Assembly: GCF_004010195.1 (NCBI RefSeq)
Contig: NC_057710.1
Span: 60,048,153 to 60,112,152 of the forward strand
Reading direction: 5' to 3'
From: Chiloscyllium plagiosum
Taxonomy: Eukaryota
DNA length: 64,000 nucleotides
Shown here: positions 13,672 through 26,862 of the stretch, in pieces
How positions within the stretch are numbered: position 1 is the stretch's first letter
Layout: every line of letters begins with the position of its first letter
The notes under the pieces: generated by a model
The model's database searches: none
What the model was told of the DNA's origin: nothing
The model's input: the letters and a program-made list of their open reading frames with translations, nothing else
Program-made: the position numbers and the translations under genes

Positions 13672-14720
13672 GATTCATAGAACACCACAGTGCTGTACAG
13701 GCCCTTCAGCCCTCGATGTTACGCCGACCTGTGGAAACACCCTGAAGCCCATCTAACCTACACTATTCCATTCTCGTCCATATGCCTATTCAATAACCAT
13801 TAAAATACCCTTAAAGTTGGCAAGTCTACTACTGCTGTAGGCAGAGCATTCCACGCCGCTTCTACTCTGAGTAAAGAAACTACCTCTGACATCTGTCCAA
13901 TGTCTATCACCCATCAATTTCAACTTATGCCCTCATGCTAGCCATCGCCATCCAAGGAAAAAGGCTCTCACTGTCCACCCTATCTAACCCTCTGATTATC
14001 TTATATGTCTCAATTAAGTCACCTCTCAACCTTCTTCTCTCTAACAAAAACAGCCTCAAGTCCCTCAGCCTTTCCTTGTAAGACCTTCCCTCCATACCAG
14101 GCAACATTATAGTGAATCTCCTCTGAACCCTTTCCTAAGCTTCCACATCCTTTCTATAATGCGGTGACTAGAACTGTACACAATACTCCAAATGGGCCAC
14201 ACCAGAGTTTTGTACAGCTGCAACATGATGTCATGGTTCCGAGACTCAATCCCTCTACCAATAAAAGCTAACACACTGTATGCCTTAACACCCTGGGTAG
14301 CAACTTTCAAGGATGTACCTGACACCAAGATCTCTCTGTTCATCTACACTACCAAGAATCTTACCAATAGCCCAGTAGTCTCCATTCGTTACTCCTTCCA
14401 AAGTGAATCATCTCACACATTTCCGCATTAAACTCCATTTGCCACTTCTCAGCCAGGCTTTGCAGCTTATCAGCTTATGTATGTCTCTCTGTAACCTACA
14501 ACATCCTTCATCATATCCACAACTCTACCAAACGTTAGTGTCACCCACAAATTTACTAACCCATCTTTCTATGCCCTCATCCAGGACATTTATATAAATG
14601 ACAAACAGTGGACCCAAAACAGGTCCTTGCAGTACCCCACTAGTAACTGAACTCCAGGATGAATATTTCTCATCAACCATTACCTGGCCAATTTCTTACA
14701 GCTAGCCGATTTCTGATCCA
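13672..14720 (-). mobile_element. CR1 LINE 3' portion
   Basis: Minus-strand ORFs include MLPGMEGRSYKERL...RRLRGDLIETYKI and MLQLYKTLV. Confidence 0.85.
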
Positions 14721-14824
14721 AGAGAACTTTTCATGTCAACATGTAGAAGGTCCATTAAAAGGGCAATGCATTGCTGGACCTAATTCTGAACAATGATGCC
14801 AGAGATATATGTGTTCAAGAGAAT

Positions 14825-15148
14825 CCTTAAGTGTGGAAACAGGCCATTCGGCCCATACCAACCCTCTGAAGGGTAACCCAGCCAGACCCATTGCCCTATC
14901 CTACTACTCTACATTTACTCCTAAGGCACCTAACACACACACATCCCTGAGCACTATGAACAATTTAGCATGGCCAATTCACCTAACCTGCACATCTTTG
15001 GACCGTGGGATGAAACTAGAGCACCCGGAGGAAACCCACGCAGACACAGGCAGAATGTGCAAATTCCACACAGATAGTCACCTGAGGTTGGAATCAAACC
15101 CAAGTCCCTGGCACTGTGAGGCAGCAGTGCTAACCACTGAGCCACCCA
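14825..15148 (-). mobile_element. HE1-type V-SINE
   Basis: Reverse complement of the HE1 head (TGGCTCAGTGGTTAGCACTGCTGCCTCACAG) and V-domain. Confidence 0.9.
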
Positions 15149-15999
15149 AAGTGATAGATGAGCAGCACTTTAGTGACAGTCAGGACTAGACTATATGTAA
15201 CACTTATGCAATTATCAGCATACATTTACAATTAGAATCTGCGGATGGAAGATCGATCAATGAATCAGCTGAGATGTTTGGGCCAAGAACACTGCCTGGA
15301 GAAATTCCTACAGAGATATCTTCAGCCAAGATGACTGACCTCCAACAAGCATCTTCTTTTGCACTAGGTGTGACCCCAAGAGGGGCGAGTTATTGTCCCT
15401 CCTAATTTGAACACGTCTGGGAACTCAAAACTATGCATCTACGAGGCCATCAGCAGCAGTACTGTACTCCAACACTAACTGCTACTTCACTGCTTAGCGT
15501 ATCTGCTACTCTACCATTACTAACAAGCCAGGGTTTCAATCCTGGTTCAGTGAAGATTGCAGGATCTCATGATATCAGGAGCACCAGTTATTCCTAAAAA
15601 GAGGTGTTGACCTGGTGAAGTACAAAACAGCACTATTTGCAATACAAACAGCATAAGTAGCAAGTGATAGACAAGGCTAAGCAATCCCACAACCAACCCA
15701 ATCAGATTTAAGCTCTGCAATCCTTCCACATCCAGTTTTGATTAAGGGTAGACAGTTAAATAATTTGATGGAGGCAGCAAGTTCCACATGGCACGGACAT
15801 AGGAACATAGGAATTTGAACAGGAGTAGGCAATTCAGCCTTTTGAGCCCACTCTGCCATTTAACACGATCATGACTGATCTTCTGGTCTCAACTTCACCT
15901 TCCTGCCAGTCTCCATCGCCCTTTATCCCATTTTTCATGAGAAATTTATCTATTTCTTTCTTAAGACTCCATGATGTTGGGGACAGCTTAAAAAGCCTA

Positions 16000-17315
16000 C
16001 ACAGAGGATTGACTAAGCAACAGAAGACAGTTAGGATAAAGGGGGCACTTGCAGGATGGCAATCTGCAAGTAGTCGAGTGCCACAAGGATCAGTGCTGTG
16101 GCTGTAATTCTTTACATGTTAACGATCTGGATGAGGCAAATGAATGTACTCTCTCCAACTTTGTAGATGATACAAAAATAGGTGGGAAGGGAAGTAGGAA
16201 TGACCCGAGTCTATAAAAAGGTTGAGAGTTGGAAAACTTGAGAGAGAGAATATAATGTTCAAAAATTACATTACAGTTTTGCAGAAAGAGGTGAATATTA
16301 AATAGGAAAGACAGCAGAATGCTGCAGCAAGGAGGGATTTGGGGGAACCATGTGCAAACATATAAAGCTAGCATCCAAGTTCAGGTAGCAGGGAAACAAA
16401 TGGACTGTTGGGCTTCATTTCTCAAAGAACAAGTATGAAAGTAGAGAGATTTTATTAAAACTATACAAAGCACTAGTCAGACCACACCTTGAATCCTGTG
16501 AACAGACTAGGTCTCCTGAAGGGGAGAGATACTGGCATTGGAAATAGTCTAGTGAATGTTTAATAGGTTGATTCAGGTATGAAGGGACTGTTGTGAGGAG
16601 ACATTTAATAGGTTGGGCCAGCAGTCATTGGAATCTAGGAGAATGAGACACCTTATTGACACATGAAGGATTCTTAATTGGCTTGATAGGATAGATATAC
16701 AATCGTAAAATCCCGACATTGTGGAAGCAGGCCATTCAGCCCATCGAGTCCACGCCCACCCTATTAAGAACATCTCACCCAGAACCACCACATCCTTGTA
16801 ACCCTGCACTTTGCATGGGTAATCCTGCTAACACCTTTCTCTGAACCAGAATTGATACTGTGGCACAACCCTGAACACTATGGGCAACTTAGCACGGCCA
16901 ATCCACCTAACCTGCACATCGCTGGACCTTGGGAGGAACCTGCAGCATCCTGGAGGAAACCGAAATAGAAAAAGGGGAGAATGTGCAATATGGAGAGGTT
17001 GTTTCCACTTGTGGGAGAGTCTAGCCCAGAGGGCATCAACTCTGTCCAAGAGGTTGCCCATATTAGACAGATAAGGAGACTTTGTTTTTTGAGGGTAGTC
17101 AATACTGCGAATTCTTGACCACAAAAGGCAGTTGAGGCTGGGTTGATCAGTACATTTAAGACTGAGAGATTTTTGATCAGTCAGGATATCAAGGGGTATT
17201 GGGGATAAGGCAGGCAAGTAGAGCTGTGGATTATCAGATCAACTACAATCTCACTGAATGATGAAACAGACTCGAATGGGCCTAACTCTGCTTCTACATC
17301 TTCTCCCTATGGTCA
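16000..17315 (+). mobile_element. Degraded CR1 with a nested minus-strand HE1 fragment (~16700-16960)
   Basis: VPQGSVL, NFVDDTKI and LVRPHLE motifs; HE1 3' half on the reverse strand. Confidence 0.7.
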
Positions 17316-17423
17316 GAGCAGTTGAATTTTAAATGGTTTAAAAGGTCATAATTGCAATTGAATTAACACTGCTGCCCTGAAAAAGTGATTTTCAAAGTGT
17401 TAGACTTCAGCATCTCAGAAGGC

Positions 17424-20215
17424 GGAGGTGATGGTCTACTGCTATTATTACTGGACTATTGACCCAGAAACACAACTGATGTTCTAGGGACCTGGGTTCA
17501 AATCCCACCACGGTACATGATTAAATTTGAATTTAATTTTAAAAAATCTGGAGTGAATAATCTACATAATGTCCATGAAATCATTGTCAATTTTCAGAAA
17601 AAAATCATCTGGCTCAATAGTGTCCTTCAGGGAAGGAAATGTGCCATCCACACCAGAGCCACAGCAATATGACTGACTCTCAACTGCGCTCAAATGGGGG
17701 TTAACAAGACAATCAGTTGTATCAATCACTACAACGTCTCAACAGACGATCACCCAGTATCAATTGAGGCACCAAAAAAGGCAATAGCAGAAACAATCCT
17801 GTCAACCCTGCAAAGTTCTCCTTAAGATCATCTGGAGGTTAGTGTCAAAATTGGAAGAGCTGGTACACAGTCAGGAGGGAGTTGCTCTCAGAGTCCTCAG
17901 CATCTACTCTGGACTTCATGAAGTCTCATGGCCTCAGGTTAAACACAAATAAGGAAATCTCCTGCTGAGATTGAGTAGCTTAGCAGCAACACTGATTGAG
18001 CTGTAGGATCCTAAAAGACAAAGCTGTTAGACTGGGTGTGCAGCAGGTGGCGATGGAATCGACAAGGAAACAAAACCACACCTTGACTTAATCTTTACCG
18101 ACCTGCCAGCTGTACATGTTTCTGTCCATGACCGTATCACTAAGAGTGAGCACTACACTGTCCTATGGACGCAAAGTCCCACTTTCACATTGAGAATACC
18201 CTCCATTGTGCTGTGTGGCACTATCACCATGATAAATGGAGCACAATTTGAACAGGTCGAGCAACTGGAGACTGGTCATCCATGAGATGCTGTGGGCCAT
18301 CTACAGCAGAACTGCACTCCTGCAAAATCTGCAATCTCATGGCCTAGCATATTCTCCACTCAACCATTACCACCAAGCTAGGGGATTAACTCTGGGTCAA
18401 TGGAGAGTGCTGGAGGGCATGCCAGGGCCAACAGCAGGCATACCTGAAAATGAGGTGTCAACCTGGTGGAGCTACCAAACAAGACTACTTGCATGCCAAA
18501 GAGCATAAGAACTGATCCCACACACAACAAATCATATCTAAGCTCTGGAATCCTGTCACATCCAGTCATGAATGTGATGGACAATTAAGCAACTCATTGG
18601 AAGAGAAGGCTTCACGAATATCCCCATCTTCAATGACGGAAGAGACCAATATAATAGCAAAATGTAAGGCTGGAGCATTTGAAGCAACTGTTAACTAGAA
18701 CTAACACATGGATAGTCCATCTTGCCTCCTTCAGTGGACCCCAGCATTACAGATACTACTCTTCAGCCAATTAGATTTACTCCACATGACATCAAAAAAC
18801 AGTTGGAAGCACTGGATAAGACAAAGGCTTTGGCCCCTGACAACATTCCAGCAATCATACTGAAATTTGTGCTCCAGAACTTGCCGCTCCCCGAGCCAAA
18901 CTGTTCCAGTACAGGTTGTTCTGCTATAACGCGACAGTTGTGCTCCTCTACAACCTCATGCTTTTGAAAATTGTGTCACGGAAAACTGCTAAAGGAAGTC
19001 ACACTGTAGAAGACCGCAAATAGAAAATTGCTATACCCATTCAGCAAAAAGTTCACGTTATCCAAACAATGTCCACAATTCATCAATCATGTTATAGCCA
19101 GTTTGTGCATTATAGCAGAATGACCTGTAGAGTTACAACACTAGCATCTACCTGACGAAGTGGGAAGCTATCCAGGTATATTCTGTACACAAGGAGAACA
19201 AATCCAACCTGGCCAATTACCATCCATTAGCATGCTCTCAATCAGTAAAGTGATGCAAGGTAACATTAACACTGCTATCAAGCAGCACCTGCTCAGCAAT
19301 AACCTGTACAGTAACGCCCAGTTTAGGTTCTGCCAGGGCTGTTCAGCTCCTGACCTCATTACAGCCTTGGTTTAAACATGGATAAATAAATTTTAAAAAA
19401 AGTTGAATACCAGAAGTTAGGTGAGTGTAACAGCCATTGACGTCAAGGCTGCATTAAGGAGCCTGAAAAATTCTGGAATCAATGGGCATCAGAGGCAAAC
19501 CCTCTGCTAGTTGGGGTCATACCTGGTACATTGGAAGATGGTTGCAGTTGTTGGAGGTCAGTCACTTATCTCTTCCAGAATATCTCTATGAGAGTTCCTC
19601 AAAAGTACTCTCCTAGTCCCAACCATCTTCAGCTGCTTCAATGACCTTCTCTTCATAAGCTAAGAAGTGGGGATGTTTACTGATGACTGCACAACGCTCA
19701 GCACCATTTGCAATGACTCATACAGTTGCAGCATTTGTCCAAATGCATCAAGATCAGGACAATCTCCAGTAAGACAATCTAATCAGTACCCCTCAACATT
19801 CAAATGGTGTTACAATCACTGAATTCCCTACCATCATAATCCTTGGTATTACCATTGACCAGAAACTCAACTGAACTCAAAATGGCTATAAGAGGTCAGA
19901 GGGTAGGAATACTGTGGTGACTGGGAATACTAACTACCAAAGCCTGTCCATCAACAAGGCAGATCAGCAGTATGATGTAATACTTCCCACTTATGTGGAT
20001 GCGTGCACCTCCAACAAATCTATCACCATTCCTTCATTGTCACTGAGTCAATATCCTGAAATTGCCTCCCTTACAGCATTGTGGGTCATTCTACAGCATG
20101 TGAACTGCAGCAGTTTAAGAAGGCAGCTCACCACCATCTTCTCGAGACTAGCTAGGGACTGGCAATACAAATTGGGCAGCCAGCTTTGCCCACATTCCAT
20201 TAGTAAATATAAAGA
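17424..20215 (+). mobile_element. Degraded CR1/L2-group LINE with a tRNA-like 5' head
   Basis: A/B-box head (GGTTCAAATCC ~17495-17505), then endonuclease motifs (LDLIFT, SEH). RT motifs follow (PDNIP, ISMLSISKVM, QFRFCQGCSAPDL, MFTDDCT), then an A-rich 3' end. Confidence 0.75.
18912..19127. mobile_element. Tc1/mariner-pogo-type MITE
   Basis: TIRs CAGGTTGTTCTGCTATAACGC / GCATTATAGCAGAATGACCTG with TA on both sides. Confidence 0.85.
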
Positions 20216-20429
20216 AAATGCTTGATTTCTTAAATTCTTTCAGTTTATTTCCCTTATTCTTTTCCATAATTCCATGCATACAATCTTTTTTTAATCCAAT
20301 ACACTTAATTGTAATTTTAATTTATCATTGCAATCTCAATGACAATTCCTAATTGTGAATGTGCCCCTACTGCTTCACCCTCTCATAGATGCCAGCAAGA
20401 TCATATAGAGTGGGCTACAATGAATCAAA

Positions 20430-20617
20430 GTTTAGATTAGAATGGTGCTGGAAAGGCACAGCAGGTCAGGAAGCATCCGAGAAGCAGGAATGATGAAGGG
20501 CTTTTGCCCGAAACGTCGATTTTCCAGCGCCTCGGATGCTGCCTGACCTGCTGTGCTTTTTCATCACCACTCTAATCTAAACTCTGGTTTCCAGCATCTG
20601 CAGTCCTCACTTTTGCC
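20430..20617. mobile_element. Fold-back Penelope-derived short element
   Basis: Inverted arms around TGATGA-AGGGC-TTTT-GCCC-GAAACGTC. Confidence 0.75.
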
Positions 20618-20639
20618 AACAGTGAATAAAATGTAATTA

Positions 20640-20834
20640 CAGGTTGCTTTGCTATAATGCACATTGCACCAGAGCAAATTGGCTATAATGCGTTGTTTGG
20701 ATAACACAAACTTTCTGCAGAACGGGTATCACAAATTTCTATTACTGATCTTCTTCAGCGGTTTTCCATAATGTGATTTCTATAGTGCGAGATTGCAGAG
20801 GAATATAACTGTTGCACTGTAGCAGAATGACCTA
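20640..20834. mobile_element. Second copy of the same MITE, opposite orientation
   Basis: TA-flanked with the same TIR. Internal sequence is the reverse complement of 18912-19127. Confidence 0.8.
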
Positions 20835-21218
20835 TATTTAAAATTTGTGAATAAGTCTTTAAAAAGTCTCTAGGTAACTATATGCGAGGTGAAGAGTGAA
20901 AGCTGTTCTTTTTGCTGCTCACAGGAAAATCCAGACTACACAAATTATGTAACAATGTATTTTAGCTTCAACAGAAAATTTAAGCTCCCTATTTCTGCAG
21001 CTCTTCAGTCAGAATAGGATCCCGCAAATTATAATATCTGGGTTGCAAGGCTTGCTTCAGAAATATATCGCAATCACCACCAAACCAGAAAATGTATTTA
21101 GAGAGTTTGACTTAAATTAGGTTATGTTAAAGGAAAACCTTGTAAATTGGCCATACAAATTACAGAAGAACAAATCTTAATAAATTGCTTTTTTAAAAAT
21201 CAATAGCGAATACTCTAC

Positions 21219-21316
21219 CTGACGTTTTGAGTTGGATTCCACCTTTCAGAGGGTAGTTCACCACTCTGAGGATCATCTACTGGAGGATGAAGGATCGAAA
21301 TGCAAACATCTCCATT
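21219..21316 (-). CDS. UBE2R2: UBE2R2 internal coding exon, probably exon 3 (catalytic Cys and acidic loop)
   Basis: 98 nt. Translates to [32 protein letters not shown](R). Acceptor TCTTTTGCTTTTAG and donor GTAGAG. Joins in frame to the 33596-33682 exon. NGDVC is UBE2R2-type (CDC34 has TGDVC). Confidence 0.95.
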
Positions 21317-21864
21317 CTAAAAGCAAAAGACTCCAAGTCGGTCAAATAAATCCTTCGAGTAACGTTATAGATTGATTACTTTACAAGTTACTACGGTTGT
21401 CAGTTAACATTACTATTAGCAGTGGCTCACAATTGCACTTCAGGCGAACACCTGCTTTGTCACTTACTATTACAAGGCTATATCTTAATAATAATTTCCC
21501 TAATTTTGACGCCCACATCTTAGTATTTATCTTATTATTTTATGACACTTTCGTTCTCGTGTGTTTCTGTATGATAAGAAAATTGCGAAATAGCAGCACC
21601 ATTTAAACTAATGGGACCAGGATCACATTATAGCCAATATAGGTAAGGAAAGTTCACGTTCTACAAGTAATAGTTGAAATTCTTCAATTGGGTTTTAGCC
21701 AGTTCACTTGGAAGAAATGCTTGTTATAGCAGAACATACTGTATTTAAATTTAACAGGAAATGTTTGATTCATTGTTTCTACTACATGGAAAATGGCACT
21801 TTTTTGAATTCATTTTTGATTTCCTCCCCTTGCCCCCACATTATGCCCTTTGGGAAATGCTGTC

Positions 21865-22100
21865 ACAAAACAAAAACAGAAGAACTGTGGATGCTGAAAA
21901 TCAGAAACAAAAACTGATGGAAAAACTCAGCAGGTAGGCAGCACTTGTGGAAAGAAAGCAGAATTAACCTTTTGGGTCCAATGACCCTTTTTTAGAACTG
22001 ATTTTAACTGGGAAAAAGTTGGTATGTATGCTTAGGAAGGGGTGGGGGGCAGGGTGTGGTTGAAGGGGGAGTAAGGGGAAACAGTTGGTGGAGAAGGGGA
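21865..22100 (-). mobile_element. Penelope-like 3' end fragment
   Basis: GATGCTG...AAACTCAGCAGGT.GGCAGCA terminal motif shared with the other PLE ends (8150-8265, 31140-31295, 55670-55780). Confidence 0.6.
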
Positions 22101-22451
22101 TGCTAATTTGAGCCTTATTTTGGTCATTATATGCACACATGCATGCTTTCCCTCTCACGAACATACAAGTCTGGGATAAATCTGCATTTGCAGATACATT
22201 CTATTTTGTTCAGAAAGCTCACAATCTGTAAGTAGTCAGTCAATGTGAAATTTTACAAATTCCTACTTTGGAAACAGAACCAAGCTGACTCAAGGTTGGG
22301 ATACACACAGACAAACTCCACACCTTTAATGTATTGTCTGAGCTGAGATGTCACTTTTTCTTTATGTACTGATAAAACATTCAGTTATCTCAGGGCTGTG
22401 ACTTAAAAGTAGTTCTGGGATTTACATGTTAATAAATTGAAACCAGCATCC

Positions 22452-23768
22452 AAGGGTAGTAAGGACAAGCGAGGGAACTATAGACCAGTGAGCCTGACTT
22501 CAGTGGTGGGTGAGTTTTTTTTTTAAGATTACTTACGGTGTGGAAACAGGCCCTTCGGCCCAACAAGTCCACACCGACCCTCCGAAGGGGAACCCACCCA
22601 GACCTATTCCCATACGTTCACCCCTTCACCTAACACTACGGGCAATTTAGCATAGCCAATTCACCTAACCTGCACATTTTTGGACTGTAGGAGGAAACTG
22701 GAGCACCCGGAGGAAACCCACGCAGACACGGAGAGAATGTGCAAACTCCACACAGACAGTTGCCCGAGACGGGAATTGAACCCGGGTCTCTGGCACTGAG
22801 AGGCAGCAATGCTTGGAGGAAATCCTGAGGGACAGGATGTACATGTATTTGGAAAGGCAAGGACTGATTAGGGATAGTCAACATGGCTTTGTGCATGGGA
22901 AATCATGTCTCACAANNNNNNNNNGGATCTTGATCAGATGGGCCAGTGGGCCAAGAAGTGGCAGATGGAGTTTAATTCAGATAAATGCGAGATGCTGCAT
23001 TTTGGGAAATCAAATATTAGCAGGACTTATATACTTAATGGTAAGGTCCTAGAGAGTGTTGCTGAGCAAAGAGACCTTTGAGTGCATGTTCATAGTTCCT
23101 TTAAAGTAGAGTCACAGGTAGATAGGATAGTGAAGAAGGTGTCTGGTATGCTTTCCTTTATTGGTCAGAGCATTGAATATAAGAGTTGTAAGGTCATGTT
23201 GCGGCTGTACAGGACATTGGTTAAGCCACTCTTGGAATATTGCATGCAGTTCAGGTCTCCTTCCTATCAGAAAGATGTTGTGAAACTTGAAAGGACTCAC
23301 AAAAGATTTACAAGGATGTTGCCAGGGTTGGAGGATTTGAGCTATAGGGAGAGGCTGAACAGGCTGGGGCTGTTCGCCCTGGAGCATCGGAGGCTGAGGG
23401 GTGACCTTATAGAGATTTACAAAATTATGAGGGTCATGGATAGGGTAAATAGGCAAAGTCTATCGGGGAGTCCAGAACTAGAGGGCATAGGTTTAGGGTG
23501 AGAGAGAAAGAAAGATATAAAAGATACCTACAGGGCAACTTTTTCCATACAGAGGGTGGTACGTGTATGGAATGAGCTGCCAGAGGAAGTGGTGAAGGCT
23601 GGTACAATTGCAACATTCAAGAAGCATTTGGATGGGTATATGAATAGGAAGGGTTTGTAGGGATATGGGCCGCGTACTGGCAGGTGGGACGAGATCGGGC
23701 TGGGATATCTGGTCGGCATGGACGGGTTGGACCGAAGGGTCTGTTTCCATGCTGTACATCTCTATGAC
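22452..23768 (+). mobile_element. Young CR1 3' portion (contains the N gap 22916-22924)
   Basis: NYRPVSLTSVVG, IRDSQHGFV, LVKPLLEYC and RRLRGDLIE motifs with a CTCTATGAC tail. Confidence 0.9.
22515..22810 (-). mobile_element. HE1-type V-SINE nested in CR1
   Basis: Near-intact reverse-complement V-domain with an A-rich tail (T-run at 22515-22524). Confidence 0.9.
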
Positions 23769-24219
23769 GAAGTGATTAAAGGCTCAACAGCAATCTAGGT
23801 TTGTTCAATACATCGCATCAGTTGTTTGACACTTTGACTGTAAATTCTGTGTCCTATGATCCTGTCCCACTAGCCACCTGACAAAGGAGAAGCGCTCCGA
23901 AAGTTCATATTTTCGAATAAGACTTGTTGGACTATCACTTGCTGTTGTGAGATTTTTAACTTAATTAAGTTGAAGTAATGGTTTCAGTATTTGATTGTCA
24001 GTGCAGTTTAAGTAGTTGATTTAAAGGTAGCTTGTGGTAATTTACACATAATACACATTTTAGAATAAAACATTTAGGCACGTCCATAGTTCTTTGGGGG
24101 TTCCAATCTATTGTTGTCAGTTGTATGTTGTGAAGAAACTATAAAAAGATGACAGACATGAATAGCAAGGTTGTGACAGAAAATCTGGCATAAGGAGTAT
24201 AATGTGGAAAAAATGAACT

Positions 24220-24461
24220 GGAGTCACACGTTGGCCAGGACAGGTAAGGACAGCAGTTTCCTTCCTGAAAAGGCATTAGTGAACCAGATGGTTATTTTTT
24301 TCCTGACAATCGACAGATTTCATTGTCTTCGTTGACTTCCAGATTTTTTTTAAAATTCCAATTCCACCATCTGCCATCACAGGATTCAAACCCAGGTTCC
24401 CAGAACATTATTTGGGTCTCCAGGTTAACAACTTAGTGATAACATTAGGCCATCACCTCCC
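24220..24461 (-). mobile_element. Short copy of the tRNA-like head of the 17424 element
   Basis: Minus strand starts GGGAGGTGATGGCCTAATG...GGGTTTGAATCC and is colinear with 17424-17690. Confidence 0.75.
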
Positions 24462-24489
24462 CATAATAAATTATTATTTATTCTGTGGA

Positions 24490-25062
24490 GAATTGAATAT
24501 AAAAGAAAGAAGGTTTTGTTTCAGGTGCAGGGCACTGGTTAGACCACATCTGGATTACTATGTACAGTATTGTCATTCTTTCTTAAATAAGGTCAATGTG
24601 TTGGAAACAGTTCAAAGAAGTTTTACCAAACTGGTAGTTGGAATTGGTGGTGTACCTTCTAAACAAAGATTGGAGGGGCTAGCCTTGTACCTGCTCGAGT
24701 TAAAAAGAGTAAGAGGTAACTTGATTGAAACTTAAGAACCTGAAGGGTCTTGACAAGGTAATAATGGAAAGGTTTCTTCCTCTTTATGGGAGAACGAAGA
24801 ACTAAGATTCACTGTTTTAAAAAGAAGGGGCTGCCCATTTAAGACAGAGGTATTGAGATGTTTTCTCTTTGAGATTTTGGAACCCTTCTTCAAAAGATGG
24901 TGGAACTAAGCTTTTGTTTAAAGCAAAGTAATAGTTTCCTAATCAGCAAAGGGTAAAAGGCTCATCAGGAATAGTTGAAAATATGGAATAATCAGGTAAG
25001 CTGTGTGCTTACTGAGTAGCAGAGCAGGTTACAGGAGCCAAGTTGTCTATTCCTGCTTCTAA
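24490..25062 (+). mobile_element. Degraded CR1 3' part
   Basis: ALVRPHLDYYVQ...LETVQRSFTKL...KRVRGNLIET. Confidence 0.8.
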
Positions 25063-26367
25063 TACAAAAATGGGTATTAGAATATGTATTTCTATATAAC
25101 CAAAGATATAAGTAAAATTAGGAATGGTATTCTGCTGACAGCACTCAAACATGGAGTCAAGCTGGGTGACTATACCTCAATCACCTCTGGAAAAATTCAG
25201 AACACAAAAAAATCAAAAAGTGACCCCATTAGTTTGAATTTGAGGAATAGCTTTTCCGAGTAGAGTTTCATGCTTCTCCAGGTCCATCCAATCTCTCTCT
25301 TACTGCCCCCTCAAGAAACAGAATCTGTGATTGCAGGAGCAGCAGGGTACAAACCTGCAACTGGATAATTTAGTGGAGTGTTACTTGTTAGTTCCAGACT
25401 CACCATTCATCAGAGAAACACTAGGTTTGAGTCGTAACTTTTTGGAGAGGTCAGTGTTGAATATCCAATGGGCCGAAGCATTAGATGGATAGGGAGTAAA
25501 GTGCCAAGGAAGCAAACGGTGGGTGAAAGTCCAAAGATATCCACAGGAGATAAAAACTACTATTTTCATGTGGTCATGCACTCAGCTCATGTCTAAGGAT
25601 GTATATTGGTGTTATTCTTTGCCTGTCCTCAGGGATCAAATAATTACATTTGAAATGTTGCACTGGAATGAATGAAGTATCGCCAAGATATCTTGTTACA
25701 TTTTTCATTTTAAAATAGTTAATGTGGTGTCTGTCACAGGAGGAAATGGCCCAATGACCCGCTGAAGAGAAGAGGAATGATTTAAAATTGGTGCTACATT
25801 GGGGTACTTTATGGATTCTTTATAAAGAACAAAAAAAATAGGAGAAGCATGAAAATGCCTCTGATATTTACCTTCATGTAAAGAATCAAGCCTTCCATGC
25901 CTCATGTTTAAGAATGCTTGGGTGAAATGTAATTTTGACAGACAGCTTCAAATGCACTCCAGAAGGTGGCTTTATGGCATGAGACGGAGCTATTGATGGT
26001 CATGCTGTAAATTTACAACACACTGATACTGCACAGGGACACAAACTTGAATCTATCAAATGTTTCAAAAGCACTAATTATCGAACTATCAAGGGAACAG
26101 GCTGAACAAAGCCTCAATAACGTCAAGCTGCTGAAGAAAAATATTGCCGATCCCAAACGAAGTAATACTCCAAGAGATCAACTGGTCGCCAGAAATTGTG
26201 TGGTAAGGCAAGGAGGGCTGCTGGAAGGCATGATTCCAATACTTATCATAAGTTAATGAGAACATTTCATTCAGATTAAAGTTAAATGGTTTAATATCCT
26301 ATCTGTATACAATTTGTGTTATTTGTGCTATTTTGTTTTAAGAAAACCCCAAAACTCCACACAACAA

Positions 26368-26831
26368 TCTACAGGCAGGAGTGTTCCTTCCCAGTTGGAG
26401 AGCACTTCAGCGGTCCAGGACATTTGACCTCGAACCTTCGGGTGACCATCCTCCAAGGCAGACTTTGGGACAGGCAGCAGCGAAAAGTGGCCGAGCAGAG
26501 GCTGATAGCCAAGTTCCATACCCGTAGGGAGGGCATCAACCGGGACCTTGGGTTCATGTCACATTACAGGTGACCACCTGTACACTATACACACACAGGC
26601 ACTCCTACATCACACACACACCCTCTCAGACTTAGGCCCCTTTATAGACAGTCTCTCTCTCTCTCTCTCACACACACAGACACTCAATCCCCCATCTCAG
26701 ACACACAGGCACTCCTATACACACACACTTACACACAGTCCTATACAGAGACACTCAAACCAAACACACTCCTACAGAGACAGAGACACTCCCACACTCA
26801 CCCTCTCTCAGACTTAGACCCCTTTATATAT

Positions 26832-26862
<31 letters not shown>

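Larger units (their letters stand above)
22110..23962 (+). mobile_element. Penelope-like 3' UTR (22110-22450, 23770-23962) split by a CR1 insertion
   Basis: Colinear with ~26900-27410. Degenerate hammerhead CACCTGACAAAGGAGAAGCGCTCCGAAAG at ~23875. Confidence 0.65.

Noticed and set aside
1..21218. UBE2R2 downstream exon (TILLSVISLLNEPN...) and, above 33683, the first coding exon
   Set aside because: Not found by eye on the minus strand; presumed to be outside the window.
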